From Octopus sinensis (Eukaryota), in assembly GCF_006345805.1 (NCBI RefSeq), contig NC_043002.1, positions 17,608,001 through 17,672,000 of the forward strand: DNA of 64,000 nucleotides. The letters run 5' to 3'. Each line of letters begins with the position of its first letter. Positions within the stretch are counted from its first letter, which is position 1. Both the position numbers and the translations under genes were made by a program. The notes beneath the pieces were generated by a model. The model was not told the DNA's origin and searched no databases. It worked only from the letters and a program-made list of their open reading frames with translations. This document shows positions 37,901 through 51,469 of the stretch, one piece after another.

Positions 37901-40266
37901 GATAAACGACCGTAGCTCTTGGCATTATTTATCTGCACCAATATATATAATCCAGTTTCGATGTATTCTATACACATATACAGTAAAATCTATATACACC
38001 GACTGTGTATTCTTTTTGCCTCTTTCTCCCTCTCTATTGATCTCTTTTTCATTGTCTTCTATTTTCATTCAGTGTTTCTATCTACTGTTGATTATCCTTC
38101 CCTTTTTAATGTCTATCTATAATTATATCCTTCCTTAGGTATAGATATCTGTGTTTTAAAGTAAATGTTTTAATGCTAAATCTCAGCTGTGTGCTTTGTA
38201 TTGAAATACTTTTACTGCTTCGATTTGTATAAAATGGAATTTCTTTCCTTAGAAGCGGAGGGAATTAAATATTTGCATAGATTAATGGAGAGTAGAATAT
38301 AAGAACTTCTAAAATGGTATTCATGCAGAATCAAGTTGATATACTGTGACAAGACTGGTCTTTACATTTAAATAGATAGTTCGACAGGATTTTTCACTAT
38401 TCCTCGCTAGCCGGTTTCTCTCACATAATATGGTTTGTTCGGAGAGTATGCGGTTACAGGATACTTATTCAAGGTGTTACAAGATACAAACTAACCGAAT
38501 GTTAAGGGATTGTGAAGCAAATATCTAACACTGATACACACACAAAAACACACACACACATATAAGAATATTTTTGATTACTGACTGTAGAGAATTGATC
38601 AACTTTCGTTGGAGAAACATAGCAAGAAATTTTCTACATCTTTTTGTTTTTTAATTAGTGTTGTCTGTCACTGGGCTTGACGAATAAATGTATATCACAT
38701 AGGAAACAGATCGCTTAGCAATAACTGTAACTTGACGACTGTAGTTGATTCGTCTCGCCATTATACGGAAGAATCACAGTATGAATGCCAAATATTACAT
38801 TAGGTTGTTGGGAAAGTACCAAATGGTTGTTATGTATCTTCTAATGAAGACTTAGCTTTACCAAGCTGATATTTACCCAGTTCTATATTATTAAGAATTT
38901 CTCAAATAGTAAACACTCGATGCAATAAGAATTGAAGCTGCTATTCATTTTCACCGAAGCCATAAATGAAATGAAGTAATACAAAATATAGTCAGCATTT
39001 ATACTATAGCAATTATAAATCCAACTGAAATTTTGCCTTTGAAGAAATGTGTAAATCATATCATACCATGCTTGTGGTGATTGCAAATCCTTGTGTTAAT
39101 CGTCGAGGGAAATATTATATAATACAAGTATCAAGGCAGAGAATTATGAAAGAGATGACTAGCATAATCTAATGTTCCTAATTTCTGAAATGCATTAATG
39201 ACTTAACACAAATGATTAAGATCTAATAATCAAAACCAGATTGAAAGTTAATTTCCAGAAGACTTTCCCAATGCATTACTTTACACGCAATAAAATTTAA
39301 AGATAATAACTTTATTGCAGAAAGGTGGTAGCGGATCGAACGTGTGCGGGATCTTAAAAGGGAGATTCTAAACCAAATTGAAAAGTGCTATCATCGTTAG
39401 TATCCTAAGAGATCAAATCCCAGCTTAATAATAATTTAGGGTCAGAATAAAGCTTAGCTCAGAAATAATTAATGCAATTTAAGCCAAAATCTTGGTCAAG
39501 TTGATAATGTAAGGGAATATCTTCTCATTACGTACGAAATCAATTTTCTTTTAATTTGATCTGCAAATATATTTTCCAAAATACCATATTTGCTCGCTTA
39601 TTTCTCATACTGAATTCAGCATTCTGCAAAATACTGAATCAAGCCCCATTTATCTGATAGAAACCTGTCAGTTAATAAATTACGTAGCTTACAGTTCCAT
39701 TGGTATATGCATGGAAGAAAATATTCATTACTACACTTTCATTCGTTTCATAAACGGAATAACATATGCGATTGCATAACCGATGCTGTGCGTATGAATT
39801 AACTGGCCACTTGAATTTTGTAATGATATGCTACAAAAGCTTTCCTCTTGAGCAGAGGGTAATTAGGTACGTAGGCAAGCAAACTGAATTACGCAGCGTT
39901 TGTCTTTGAAACATTCGATAACATAAAAGCCGCTACAAGTGTAATAGCTAATATCAGTTCCAGACTGTTAGTCGCCGGAAACCACTTAAACACTTGTCTT
40001 CCTCTTGTCACCCGACAATATAGTGCCTCTGTATTTTTACTGGATTGCAGATACATAAATCTGTCTATCTTTCTGCCCGTCTCTGCTTATTTACTTTTAA
40101 GTATACAGGGGTATTTGAGAGATAAATCTAATGGTTATTTAAATAAGGTAATTATTAGTCACCGTCCTAAATTTTAGTCGGCTATACACATATTTCCGCT
40201 GTATACTTTCCGAAAAATACTCATCTTGTATGTATCACGTTACTCCATTCCCCATTGCCATATATA

Positions 40267-40499
40267 TATTTCTTTACTACCCACAAGGGTCTAAACACAG
40301 AGGGGACAAACAAGGACAGACAAACGGATTAAGTCGATTACATCGACCCCAGTGCGTAACTGGTACTTAATTTATCGACCCCGAAAGGATGAAAGGCAAA
40401 GTCGACCTCGGTGGAATTTGAACCCAGAACGTAACGGCAGACGAAATACGGTTACGAATTTCGTCCGGCGTGCTAACGTTTCTGCCAGCTCACCGCCTT
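40267..40499 (-). mobile_element. SINE family A, full length, about 17-bp TSD
   Basis: TSD ccccattgccatatata / ccccattgttatatata. Confidence 0.93.
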
Positions 40500-41310
40500 C
40501 CCCATTGTTATATATAAAAGTTTAATACTATGACATATCATAAATCTCATTCGAGTAAATAGGGATTATTAGCTTGTAGGAAACTGAATTATATACGTAA
40601 GGATTCTCGCTTTTGACATTTTATCATTTGTGTCGAAATTCACCAGTTTCAGCTACGCTTCTCATTTATAATGCTATATTTACTAGATTCTGAATCTCAA
40701 TACATGCTATGTCCCTTCATAAGCAAATATTATACTCATGGTTAATGGAAATATATGAATATAATAATGACCTCCGTTACCTGTAGCATTAAAGATCTTG
40801 AAATATACTCATTATATTCATTACCATTTCATTAGAAATCTGGCATATGATTTTATATCTCTATTAAAATATATGCAACGATTGTGAACCAGTACTTAAA
40901 TTTATTTTTGGCCTTATATATTGATGGATTTAAGAAGTATATGAACTGAAATGGGGTTTGTTTGAGCTGGTGGTGAGCAAATAGTAGAGGAAGGTGATTA
41001 TAATGCTTAAAATTCCCCTTCATCTAATACAAACGGTGCTATTAGTTGTTGGTAGCGAAGGCGATGTAGGGTTGTTAGACCTGTTTGAAATAGCATTAAC
41101 CAAATTTGAAATAGGACCACCAATTTTTTCTCATTTTAAAAAAGAAAAACATTAGATAATGTAACTAGTATTAAACGATTTTGTAGACTATTTTTGCACT
41201 TAAGATCGTGTAGACAAATATACTTATCTAGTGTAAACCAAAGGAAAACTTTTGTAATTATGAAAAATGCGTGTCAAATAAATAAATGAAATAAAATTTG
41301 AATAAATATA

Positions 41311-41460
41311 TATTTCTTTACTACTCACAAGGGGTTAAACATAGATGGGACAAAGGCAAAGTCGACCTCGGCGGAATTTGAACTCAGAACGTAGCGGCAG
41401 ATGAAATAGGGCTACGCATTTCGCCCGGCGTGCTAACGTTTCTGCCAGCTCGCCGCCTTA
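41311..41460 (-). mobile_element. SINE family A with internal deletion, 11-bp TSD
   Basis: Head and tail present, middle missing; TSD gaataaatata. Confidence 0.88.
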
Positions 41461-42992
41461 AACCCGAATAAATATATTGATGAATAAACTCCTCTCTCTG
41501 TATGATTGTGCAAACTCATGTTTAAAATGCTGGTTCAGTATTAAAGAATGATTATGATGTAAAAGACGAAATATGAATAATGTAAATATTGAAGATTGTA
41601 AACTATATATTGACGCTTAAATTCGAAGCAGAACCTCAATAAAAACGATAGAAAAAGGATTTACGAACACAAGAAATGCAAAATGTAGCGTTGTGCAATA
41701 TATCATGTGTCATTTGCTGATGTAGCTGATGTTCAGTACAAGCTGACACGGGATTTGTAAATGACTACGGAAGGTTCGGAGATATGTTAATTTGCAAAGC
41801 TTCAAGGGAACATTCCGTTGTAGAGGAGAATATATAATACATGTTACAACACAGGTGAATCTCGTTTGCTATTCAATAAACGAAAGGGAATATACGCTTG
41901 TCACTTGATGTTCTAAAATTCACAGATTATGTTAAGTAATGACACATTTGATAGTGTAAAAGTATGCAAAAATATTCCAAAGAATGCTTTTGCCTGAATA
42001 ATAATAATAAAATAATAATAATAATAATAAAATAATAATAATAATAATAAACATCTATAGGAGCTATTATACATTATGTAGCGAACATTCATCAAACTTT
42101 TTAATCAATTATATTTGCACTAGTGATAATTAGAAATTATAAGCGATATTAAAAATTCTTATCAGAATCTTCCGGTGAGAAGTGTGATAAACATTCCTTA
42201 CTACATTTTGTCATTCATTTAGGGTTAAATTGAGGCTTATAGCTTACTGCTTCTCCGAATGCAGGATTCGATGTCGATGTCATATAGCTAAGCACACTGT
42301 AGGTACTTCGGCTATTTCTGCTGTTCAGGGTCACTTACCGATGAAGGCTACATATCTCCCGCGCAACAACACAAGATTTCTTGTGTCGTGTTTCTATCAT
42401 CTTCAATACCTGTTCTTGCCCTATCACTTGAGTCAAATTTACAGTCTTGCTTTCTCAATACATTTTCTAGCAATATCTAACCTCTCCTTCGCAGCTAGTC
42501 GAAGACTTGATGAGCGAGTGAAATATATTTCCAGCGTATCTTTTCAACACCTATTTTTACAGGATGCAATATTCGCTCCCATCGATTGTTTTAAGAATTC
42601 AAACAGCACACTCTATTTTCTATCGTTCTCAAGTAAAGCATGTTGTCGACTTCTTAGGGAACTGTCAGCTCGACCATCCTTTCTTGAACAACCATCCTTT
42701 CCTGCACATAAAGATTTGTATCATTCTAATTTTAATCAATTTGAACTTTAGTATCTCGTTTCTTTTCATTTAAGAAATAATTTCGATTCATTAATTTGTT
42801 TTATGTCGGTAATTGTTATGAATGATGACTCCCACAAATAATGCATAATGAAATTGCGCGGATATTTTCTGAAAGGAAATCAGGATGATCATAACTGGAG
42901 CGCCTTTGACTATACATATAATCGATCACGGGTAATTTGAGGTCAAACAGAAACAGCAATAACAATGTTCTATCTATCTATCTCTTTGTATA

Positions 42993-43024
<32 letters not shown>

Positions 43025-43514
43025 CCACATTATCATCGAATTACGGCACCTGCTGTAGACGTATTTAAGTATTATGAAACAACATATATCCAGGTATGGA
43101 TATCTGTCTCCTACTAAGACTTGTCCATGTGAGGCGACAAAATTATGCAAGGACTTTCTGCTGGAGACACCGAGAATATATAGAGAACAGGTGATCAATA
43201 GCGTAAACAAATTTGAATCAGAGTTAAACTTCCTTCAAAACACATTCAAAATTAGCATAACTTTAAAAAAATTATGAGACCAAAGTGTTGACATTTTCAA
43301 TTTGAACCTAAAAGTAATTATCGCTACGTTCTCTCCTTCTACACGAGATTGTGTAGATCATTTCATTAATCTCAAATACGTGTAAGAAATTTAAGAAGGA
43401 AGAAGGAGAGGAAAGAAAACCCAATTACTTCACACCTCCTATTCCACACCACAATCCTTCCTCCTCCCCTCTCCCTCTTCCTCCAGCTCTCCTTCCCCCT
43501 TCTACTTAAGATAA

Positions 43515-43700
43515 TAATTCTTCCTAATTTTGGCTAAAAGCCAATAATTTTAGGTGAAAAACGTTGGAGATGCAGTCAATTGGTACAATATTATCGATTA
43601 TGACAGACGAAGGTCAATGAAATCGACAACGGTGATATTTGAACACAGAATGTGCGCAAGCAATTTTGTCTGATGTTTTAGATTGACGGATCCGTTCCAC
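43515..43700 (-). mobile_element. Old, highly diverged SINE family A-like copy
   Basis: Loose collinearity: atcgattatgacagacgaaggtcaatgaaatcgacaacggtgatatttgaacacagaatg versus the family A core and box B. Confidence 0.45.
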
Positions 43701-44468
43701 TAATGTAAACAGTTGCTGGACAAAGCCCCACTGGTGATTAATTGGCTTTGTGCATTCCAGACTGACCGAGCTACATCACTTCCGTGCTTGTAGAGATTGC
43801 CTCGCGCCGGTAATGCTTCCGGGTAGGCCAGGGATTTCTCCTAGCTTGCCGTAGCTCTTGAAGGTTAATCAATAATCTACGCGTGGAGCGCTGGAGCGTC
43901 TGACAGTATGACAGATGCCAGGTGCCCGGTTCGAGTATTCCCTCCACACACGGATGCAGCTATGTTGGAGTAATGAGGGATGGAGAAACGCGTTTCACGG
44001 AGGGGATGAACAAATGTTAGACATGTAATATATAATAGAGTGTACATACGCATCCACCATCTGCATTTTCTACGTATTTCTGTCGATGTGTGTCTCACTG
44101 ACTACGTCTCTCCCCCTCTATCTACGCATCCACAGTCACAGAAACTCAAAACACACACAAACGAAGTCTGCCGTGTATTAAACATTTCTGCAAAACACGC
44201 CACAAATTTTGTGATAGTTTGCAAGTAATGTATATGGATATGTTTAAAGCCACCTACTTGGAGCTTTTGTTGAAAAAGCTCTGTCGCAATCGTAGAGAAT
44301 TATAACATCAGCACTGACAAACAAATAAAAACTAAAAAATATGGCATACATTTTCCATGAGAAAATGGCAATACAGCAACAACTGACAACAGAGAAATAG
44401 CAAAGGTTAGTAAAACTAGTGAAGCTATAAACAATAAAATTAATCTCACGTATTACAAACATTATCAA

Positions 44469-44875
44469 TAGGCATAGGAGTGGCTGTGTGGTAAGTAGTT
44501 TGTTTACCAATCACATGGTTCCGGGTTCAGTCCCACTGCGTGGCGCCTTGGGCTAGTGTTTTCGACTAGAGCCTCGAGTCGAGCAAAGCCTTGTGAGTGA
44601 GTTTGATAGACGGAAACTGAAAGAAGCCCGTCGTATATATGTATATGTATGTATGTTTGTGTATATGTTTGTGTGTCTATGTTTGTCCCCCAACATCACT
44701 TGACAACCGATGCTGGTGTGCTTACGTCACCGTAACCTAGCGGTTCGGCAAAAGAGAACGATAAAATAAGTACTAAGCTTACAAAGAATAAGTCTTGGTG
44801 TTGATTTGCTAGACTAAAGGCGGTGCTCTAGCATGGTCACAGTCAAATGACTGAAACAACTAAAAGAGTCAGAGT
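44469..44875 (+). mobile_element. SINE family B, full length
   Basis: aggagtggctgtgtggtaag...ccgggttcagtcccactg...cagtcaaatgactgaaacaac. Confidence 0.92.
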
Positions 44876-46598
44876 AATTCCTCGACAGTAGGACTTCAAC
44901 CTAGTAATTCATAAATATATCTCTCGATTGATTACACATCGAATGTAACCCGGCAAGTGTACGCTGTATAATATGAACAATTTGAAGTAATTATTACACT
45001 ATGATTGGGTATAAAATCTTCACATTAAATTGCTGAAGAATTTTTGTGAAGAGACTTAAGTAGCAAATGAATCCCATGATGCAGATATGAACATTGTTTA
45101 GGAGATGAGAGTATATACAGGAGTGGACAAGAAAATGTAGATGTGAGCTAAAAATTTAAATGGGGATCAATTGGATTTGAATCGTATATACATAGGTTTG
45201 TCTTGTACGGGGTTGTAGAGAATGTTGTTACTGCATCACTAGTGAATGTAAACGATTTTGGGTGTCTGACTTGGAATCAGAAACGAACGACAGCAAAGAT
45301 AACAAAGTGATTTGGGAAATACATATTGTAATTCTATTTGCCAAGAATAGCAGACATGATGAATCGATATAATGTTTGTTTCAGTAGAACAGAGTACACA
45401 TTTGTGCGACATTGTCTGCCGAAACATAGTATATACAGTGATGAATGCTACACACGCATAAGTACATATACGCACATACACATGCACACACAGACAAACT
45501 GACAGATAAATAAAAGTATATACACATATGTGTACATGTGTGTGTGTCTGTGTGTGTGTGTGTTTTCATATATGTATATAGTTTATGTGTCTTTTCGAAA
45601 CTTTATTTCTGAAAATAGCATTGTTTAAGTTAAGTTTAAAATCTTTTCGGTAGTTTTATCTTATAAACGCAAACACAAACGTACACACATACCCACACAT
45701 TCTCACACACAAACAAACACATACATAGAAACACACACACATAAGATATAATGAAATATTAATAATAATTCTAGAAATAGGAGTAAAATTAAAACCTATG
45801 GTCACATAAGAAAATATAGGTTTACATAATCTGGTTTAATCCACAATTCGGATTAAATATAGCAACTAATATTGCTTCTGAACTATTAAAGTACTGGATA
45901 CACATTTCCCACCAGCTGGCCTAATTAGGGAATAATTGGCACTCGGTTAAACTAGACTACTCTACACTTCGTAATATTGCTAAGAGCATAGCTGAATTCA
46001 ACAACTAGATTAAATAATTGCATCAGCCTACCTGGATAAAATATTCGCAGTACACCTTAATCCAAGCGTAATTGGTAACCCTATCCGATATACTCAAGTC
46101 AATAATCTCTGTAATTTTAGAAATAAATCCCAATGTTCAATAGACAACTAGTTTCTTAGCAACAATTTAGTATATAAATGTTCCGTACATTCACTCAGAA
46201 TTAATATGTTTATATTAGAGCTAACGCAAGTAAACGTAAATGTAGAATTATAACCATAGGATAGAATCATAAGGATAGAAATGAGGTTAAACTTGATTAT
46301 TTAGCTAGTATTCTCTGCAGGCTTACCTATAAAAGAATCGAGTCCAAAATTGTGTAGTCTATCACTTGCTATGTACAACCGTATAAAGGTAATTATGGTG
46401 TTTTTAATTTGTGTCTATCGGAAGCCGCAGAAGTGATGCAATAATAGATCGCCTGCGTTTGTATCGCGCGTCATTCCTATGCAATGCCAATATTTGAAGT
46501 AGAATCTTCATCTCTATATATACGTGTAACATTACTATAACTTTCGTTTTTGGATTTGGTTTGCAAGGTTCTTTATATGAGTTTGTGTGTTGAAGCAT

Positions 46599-46890
46599 AT
46601 TCTGTTGTGTCTGAGGAGAGTCATTTTCTTTTTGTGTCTTATAATGTAACACACACACCGATAAAATTTCCACTTTTTTCTTATTTTCTTAATTTTCCAA
46701 AAATTTTCGTTGCGTCTTGCAACCTTTTCAGTAGTCTTGATTCTCAAGAGAGTCAAGACTATTGACAAAGTTGCAAGAGGCAACGAAAAGTTTAGGAAAA
46801 TTAAGAAAATAAGAAATCAGTGGAAATTTTACCGGTGTGTTACATTATAAGGTACAAAAAGAAATTGACTCTCCCTAGTCACAACAGAAT
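46599..46890. repeat. 292-bp fold-back palindrome (arms about 145 bp, 2-nt spacer)
   Basis: 46599-46745 is the near reverse complement of 46748-46890; centre ttgattctc-aa-gagagtcaa. Confidence 0.92.
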
Positions 46891-48493
46891 TACTATAACT
46901 GGAAAATTTATAATTATATCCTTCTAATGCTGTAACGTCTATTTTCATTGTTTTCTAGATTTTTCTTCATTTCAACCTGTATTTATCTCATTTAGTTTAT
47001 TTAATCTCAGCCCAACTGATGTATATATTCAGTAGCTCAAGATTACTCTTAGCAAATATTGCTAAATCTCTTTTTTAATTTGCAGGATAATTTGTTCCTT
47101 ACGGTAATAACTAGCTAAATACAAATACTTTTCTGTGGATGTGTGTCTGACTGACTTCTTCTCACTCCCTATATCTACGCATCTGCACTGATAGACACAC
47201 AAAAACACAAACAAAAATAATTCTGCAATGTATTAAACATTTCTACAAATCATGCCGATAAATTCTGAGATAGCTAGCATTATTTTACATTGTCCATTTT
47301 GTTTTGCTATTTCTCCTTATAACGTTACTGATATTTACCCTTAGCTGATAATCCAGAGTTTTAATATTGCTATCAGATTATTTTAAATGTACGATGATCC
47401 GAGATTTTATTTTCTGTATATCATTTCATCTTATTCTCCTTTTTGTTTGTTTATTTATCCGTATAATTTTAGCTCAATGTTTTCATATGCAATTTATGTA
47501 ATCGTAATAATAGTTGAAATATACTAATTCATATAAAAGTTATTGCAGTAGGCTAACTTATTCTGAACCAATAAATATGCATAGATATTGCCTCCCTATT
47601 TCTTCTTATACGTAATGCTTTCAGGGTATGTGACAACTGATGTGAAAAGAATCCCTTTTGTTTCGCAAATAATTACTCTTCTACGATTGTACTATTACTT
47701 CGAAATTAGTGTTTTGTACCATTTTTTATATGTGTATTTGTATACATGTGTGAAATGGTTGTGTCTGCATCTTTATGTATATTAGTGTATGTGTGAGAGA
47801 AAGCAGGTTTGTATAAATGTATAAGACAGTACATGCTACTTCTCACATATGAATGTATTAAAGTGAGTTCTAATGTGCTTGTGATTATATACATGCCTGT
47901 GTAGTTGTTTCCACATAAGTACCCTTGCAAATACACAACTCTCCATCAAAACCAGCTCCTGATCTTGCTTTTTAACCGTTTTGCCTCTGATCTTTCCTTT
48001 TAACTTTATTTGCTTCACACTTTATATACTACTTCTTTATCCTTAGGTCATGTCTTTTCATGAGTTATTTAATCCATTAATCATCTAAATTAATACTGGA
48101 CTGGCCAAGCTAATCTCTATCCTACTACCCATATCTTACGTCGGCATCGACTTCATTGACTAAATTAAATCACTATTTACATTTATATTATTCTCATTAT
48201 TTGGTATTTATTTATTTTCTCTTTTGCTTCACTGCATTTATATACTGGCTTTTCCTCTCAATTTGCGTTGTTTTATGGGAATTGCTACCTAAAATAAATC
48301 ACGAATGGCAACATGCTGACTACATCTATTGGACGGTTCTGTAGTGTGTCGTCGTAGTCACTGTACCAAGGATATTTTCTTTAACGACTATATTTCTTTC
48401 TAAAGAAAGCCTGTTGACACTCTTATCAGCATCATTCCATGTATGGCTGTGGATTGCACAGGCGCGTATATCTATTTGTATATGTATATATGA

Positions 48494-48537
<44 letters not shown>

Positions 48538-48568
48538 TATATGTGTGTATGTGTGTGTGTGTGTGTGT

Positions 48569-48603
<35 letters not shown>

Positions 48604-48890
48604 ATAGTTATAGCCAAGCTAACAAGCCAGTCCAGATAAATAGGACGAATGCTGCCGTGTTAGCTTGGCGATAATTATTAATATCCAGTACAGCTGCGGT
48701 AGTCTCGTTTATAGAGAATAAGAAATAATATTTCGATATATATATAAATATATATATATATATTTATTTATATATTATATGTGTATGATATCATCGTCTT
48801 TTGTTTGTTTTTAATTCTCCCTACATATATGTATATATATATATATGTATATATATGTATAATTTAGAAAAAACACCTGTCAACAATTCA

Positions 48891-48969
<79 letters not shown>

Positions 48970-48971
<2 letters not shown>

Positions 48972-49155
48972 TAGATCGTTAGCCACTACACACATTTTTT
49001 TCTCTCCTTGTTTTTCTTGTGTCCCTTTCTGTAGAAGAGCGTTGGCTCGAAACGTAAAAGACTTTTTCTATTCCTGAGCGTTATACTAATACATCTGTTT
49101 ATTTTATACAACACCTGTCTTCGTCTTTGGTTTTTTTCGTAAACTCTCCCTATAT
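48970..49155 (+). mobile_element. Short repeat with a variant minimal hammerhead (HHR family d), between (TG)n and (TA)n
   Basis: cttt-CTGTAGA-A-GAGC[gttg]GCTC-GAAA-CGT-A-aaag at 49025-49060. Confidence 0.7.
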
Positions 49156-49349
49156 ATAAAGGGGTTTGTATGATCGTGTATAGAGTGATATATGTTATTC
49201 AAAAGCATTCCAACTCTGTCTGATTTTATGTTTTATTTATATTTATATATATATATTAATGTAGAATGTAGAAAATATAGTTTACATGGTATATATAGTG
49301 TAAAATGAAATGAAGTATTGATTGTCTTATTGAATAGATGAAATATTAA

Positions 49350-49393
49350 GGGACTAGTATACTTTCTTGCATTAAAGCAGTCTTCAAGGCCCC
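49350..49393 (-). ncRNA. Slightly decayed minimal hammerhead motif (family e) in the PLE2 3' UTR, sense orientation
   Basis: GGGGC-CUUGAAGA-CUGC[UUUAAU]GCAA-GAAA-G[UAUA]CU-A-GUCCC; palindromic stem III AGUAUACU; one extra U in the core. Confidence 0.6.
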
Positions 49394-49618
49394 AGGTTGT
49401 GACAGGGGTGTTTCAACTGTAGTTGACTGGCTGTCTTTTGTCTTTTATATACGTTCCTGTTGACAGCAGTAGTAGTTGTTTGCCTATTTTTAGAAATGAC
49501 GCCAAACCGTTTTTCAATGTTTATTTTTAGAAATGATGACAGCAGTACTTTTTAGAGATTTTTTGTGTTTTAGTTATAGGGGTGAGATTTTTAAACCCCA
49601 AATAAGATTAATTTAATC

Positions 49619-50066
49619 ATTGTTTGTTAAGCTTGGGTTTGAATTTCTTAGTAATGTCCTTTTCTCTCAGTTTTCTCTCAAATTCATTCAGGTTGTAAAG
49701 TTTATGAAATGGGAATATCATAAAACTTTTCCAACCATATGTTGCTAGATAGTTACTCAGTGGTATTTAGCAGACTTCTGGGTTTATAATTTGTTGTCGC
49801 TGTACACTCGAGCGTTCTGAAAGTGCATTACCTATCTGGTCAACATACAATTCTTCACAATTTGGGCATTTGATGCAGTAGATTAAATTTCTGCTTTTGC
49901 AGTTCATGTTCGCGTTTGTGAATATTTTCCATGTTTTTGTGTTCATATATGGGCCGGTATGAATTAATTGGCATATACCGCATCGGTTATCATTGCATTT
50001 AGACACAGTGAATGGTTGATCATTGTTGCTAAGGTCAAACCTTGCCTTTGTTAATAACTTTTTCAA
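49619..50066 (-). pseudogene. PLE2 Cys linker + GIY-YIG endonuclease (disrupted)
   Basis: ORF 49767-50066 plus downstream frame pieces ending KFKPKLN. Confidence 0.85.
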
Positions 50067-51406
50067 GCTTTTAGGATGTCTCTTACAGTTAAAGTTTGAT
50101 CTGTAATGATATTTCTCAATTCCTTACTTTGTGCAATGATTGGTAGGTTTGCTTTAGCGATATTGAAGATGTTCTGGTTGCATGGATTGTGTGTCACTAT
50201 AAGTGGTATGATTTGGTCTTGTTTTTCTCTTCTTTGTGGTGTCCCCAGTTGTTCTATGGGTATTTTCACAGCCCGCAGAATACCATTTTCTATAAGTAGG
50301 GATGGGCATTTTTGCTTGAGCAGAAATTCTTTCAGTTCCATCAGGCGCTGATTTCTGGTCTTTAGATCATCTACAATAGTACAGATTCTTCTGGCTAAGC
50401 AGTATGGGATGTTACGTTTTGTATGGTATTGGTATGTATCTGTGTGTTTATAATATATATCTGTGGTAATGGCGGTGTTATTTTTTATTATATCTAGGAA
50501 TTGAAATTTGGTACTGCTCGCCTCGTTTGTAAATTGGATGGATGAGTGTAGTTTGTTCAGGATGATGTTGAATTCTTCCACAGTGTTATGAGATTTTTTC
50601 CAGATTATGAAGCAATTGTCGAAGTATCTCTTCCATGCTTTTTCGATATACTTCCTAAATTCAGTGCTGTATCGTTCCTCTATTTCCTGGTAGAGTTTTT
50701 GCTCTAAGTATCCCATCACCGAGTTCGCATAAACGGGAGTAAACCCCGTTCCCATTGCCGTGCCTTTAATCTGGATGTAGTTCTTTCCATTGAAGAAGAA
50801 AGTGTTGTTTTCCAGAATAAGTCTGACTGAGTCTAATATGAATGTCACTGTGAATCTATTGGTAATTGCTTCTCTATGTTTATCTACCCTGTATTTGATC
50901 GCCTTTATTCCTAAATCACGTGGGATATTGGTGTAAAGTTTTACTACATCGAAGCTTAGTAGGATTGAATTTGTTTCAGTGGTTTTGGGAAGATGGGGTA
51001 GAAAATCGATGTCATCCTGAATGAAGCTGGGTATGTAGGTACGTGATGGTTTTAAAATAATGTCGATGAAATTGCTTAGAGGGTGGGTAGGGCATGCTGG
51101 GTCAGCAATAATTGATTTTAAATCTTTTGGAGATAACACTTTTATATATTCACTTCCTTGTTCTTCTACTGCCTGTTGAATATCTTCTGACTTATGTACT
51201 TTTGGTAAGCCGTAATAGTTGCGGGGTTTAGGCTCGAAATTGGTGATGTAGTCTCTTTCATTGCCCGTGAGTGAGTTGTAGTGTTTTGAGATTAGGCGGT
51301 TGATCTTCTTCATGATGTGGTAGTCTATATTCGAGGGTATTTCACAATAGAATGTTGTATCTTTCAGTTGGTCCTCAAACAAATACTTGTAGTATCCTAC
51401 ATCCAT
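50063..51406 (-). pseudogene. PLE2 reverse transcriptase, 447-aa open frame with altered catalytic motif (YFDN)
   Basis: ORF track 50063-51406; a frameshift separates it from the endonuclease. Confidence 0.9.
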
Positions 51407-51469
51407 GATAACTATTGCACCCTCTTTATTATTGTTTCATAGTTTTGTATGCGTTTAAGTGCAAATATC

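Larger units (their letters stand above)
49160..51440 (-). mobile_element. Penelope-like retroelement (PLE2), Neptune-like, 5'-truncated, with 3' UTR
   Basis: GAIVIMD, YYGLPKVHK, LLSFDVVKLYTNIP, KGTAMGT, WKRYFDNCF, KCNDNRCGIC, NLIYCIKCPNCEELYVDQ, and C-terminus KKFKPKLNKQ* near 49619; the 3' boundary is approximate. Confidence 0.93.

Noticed and set aside
42230-42751. 173-aa plus-strand ORF
   Set aside because: No recognisable domain. The opposite strand has faint Tc1-like words but too few to call.
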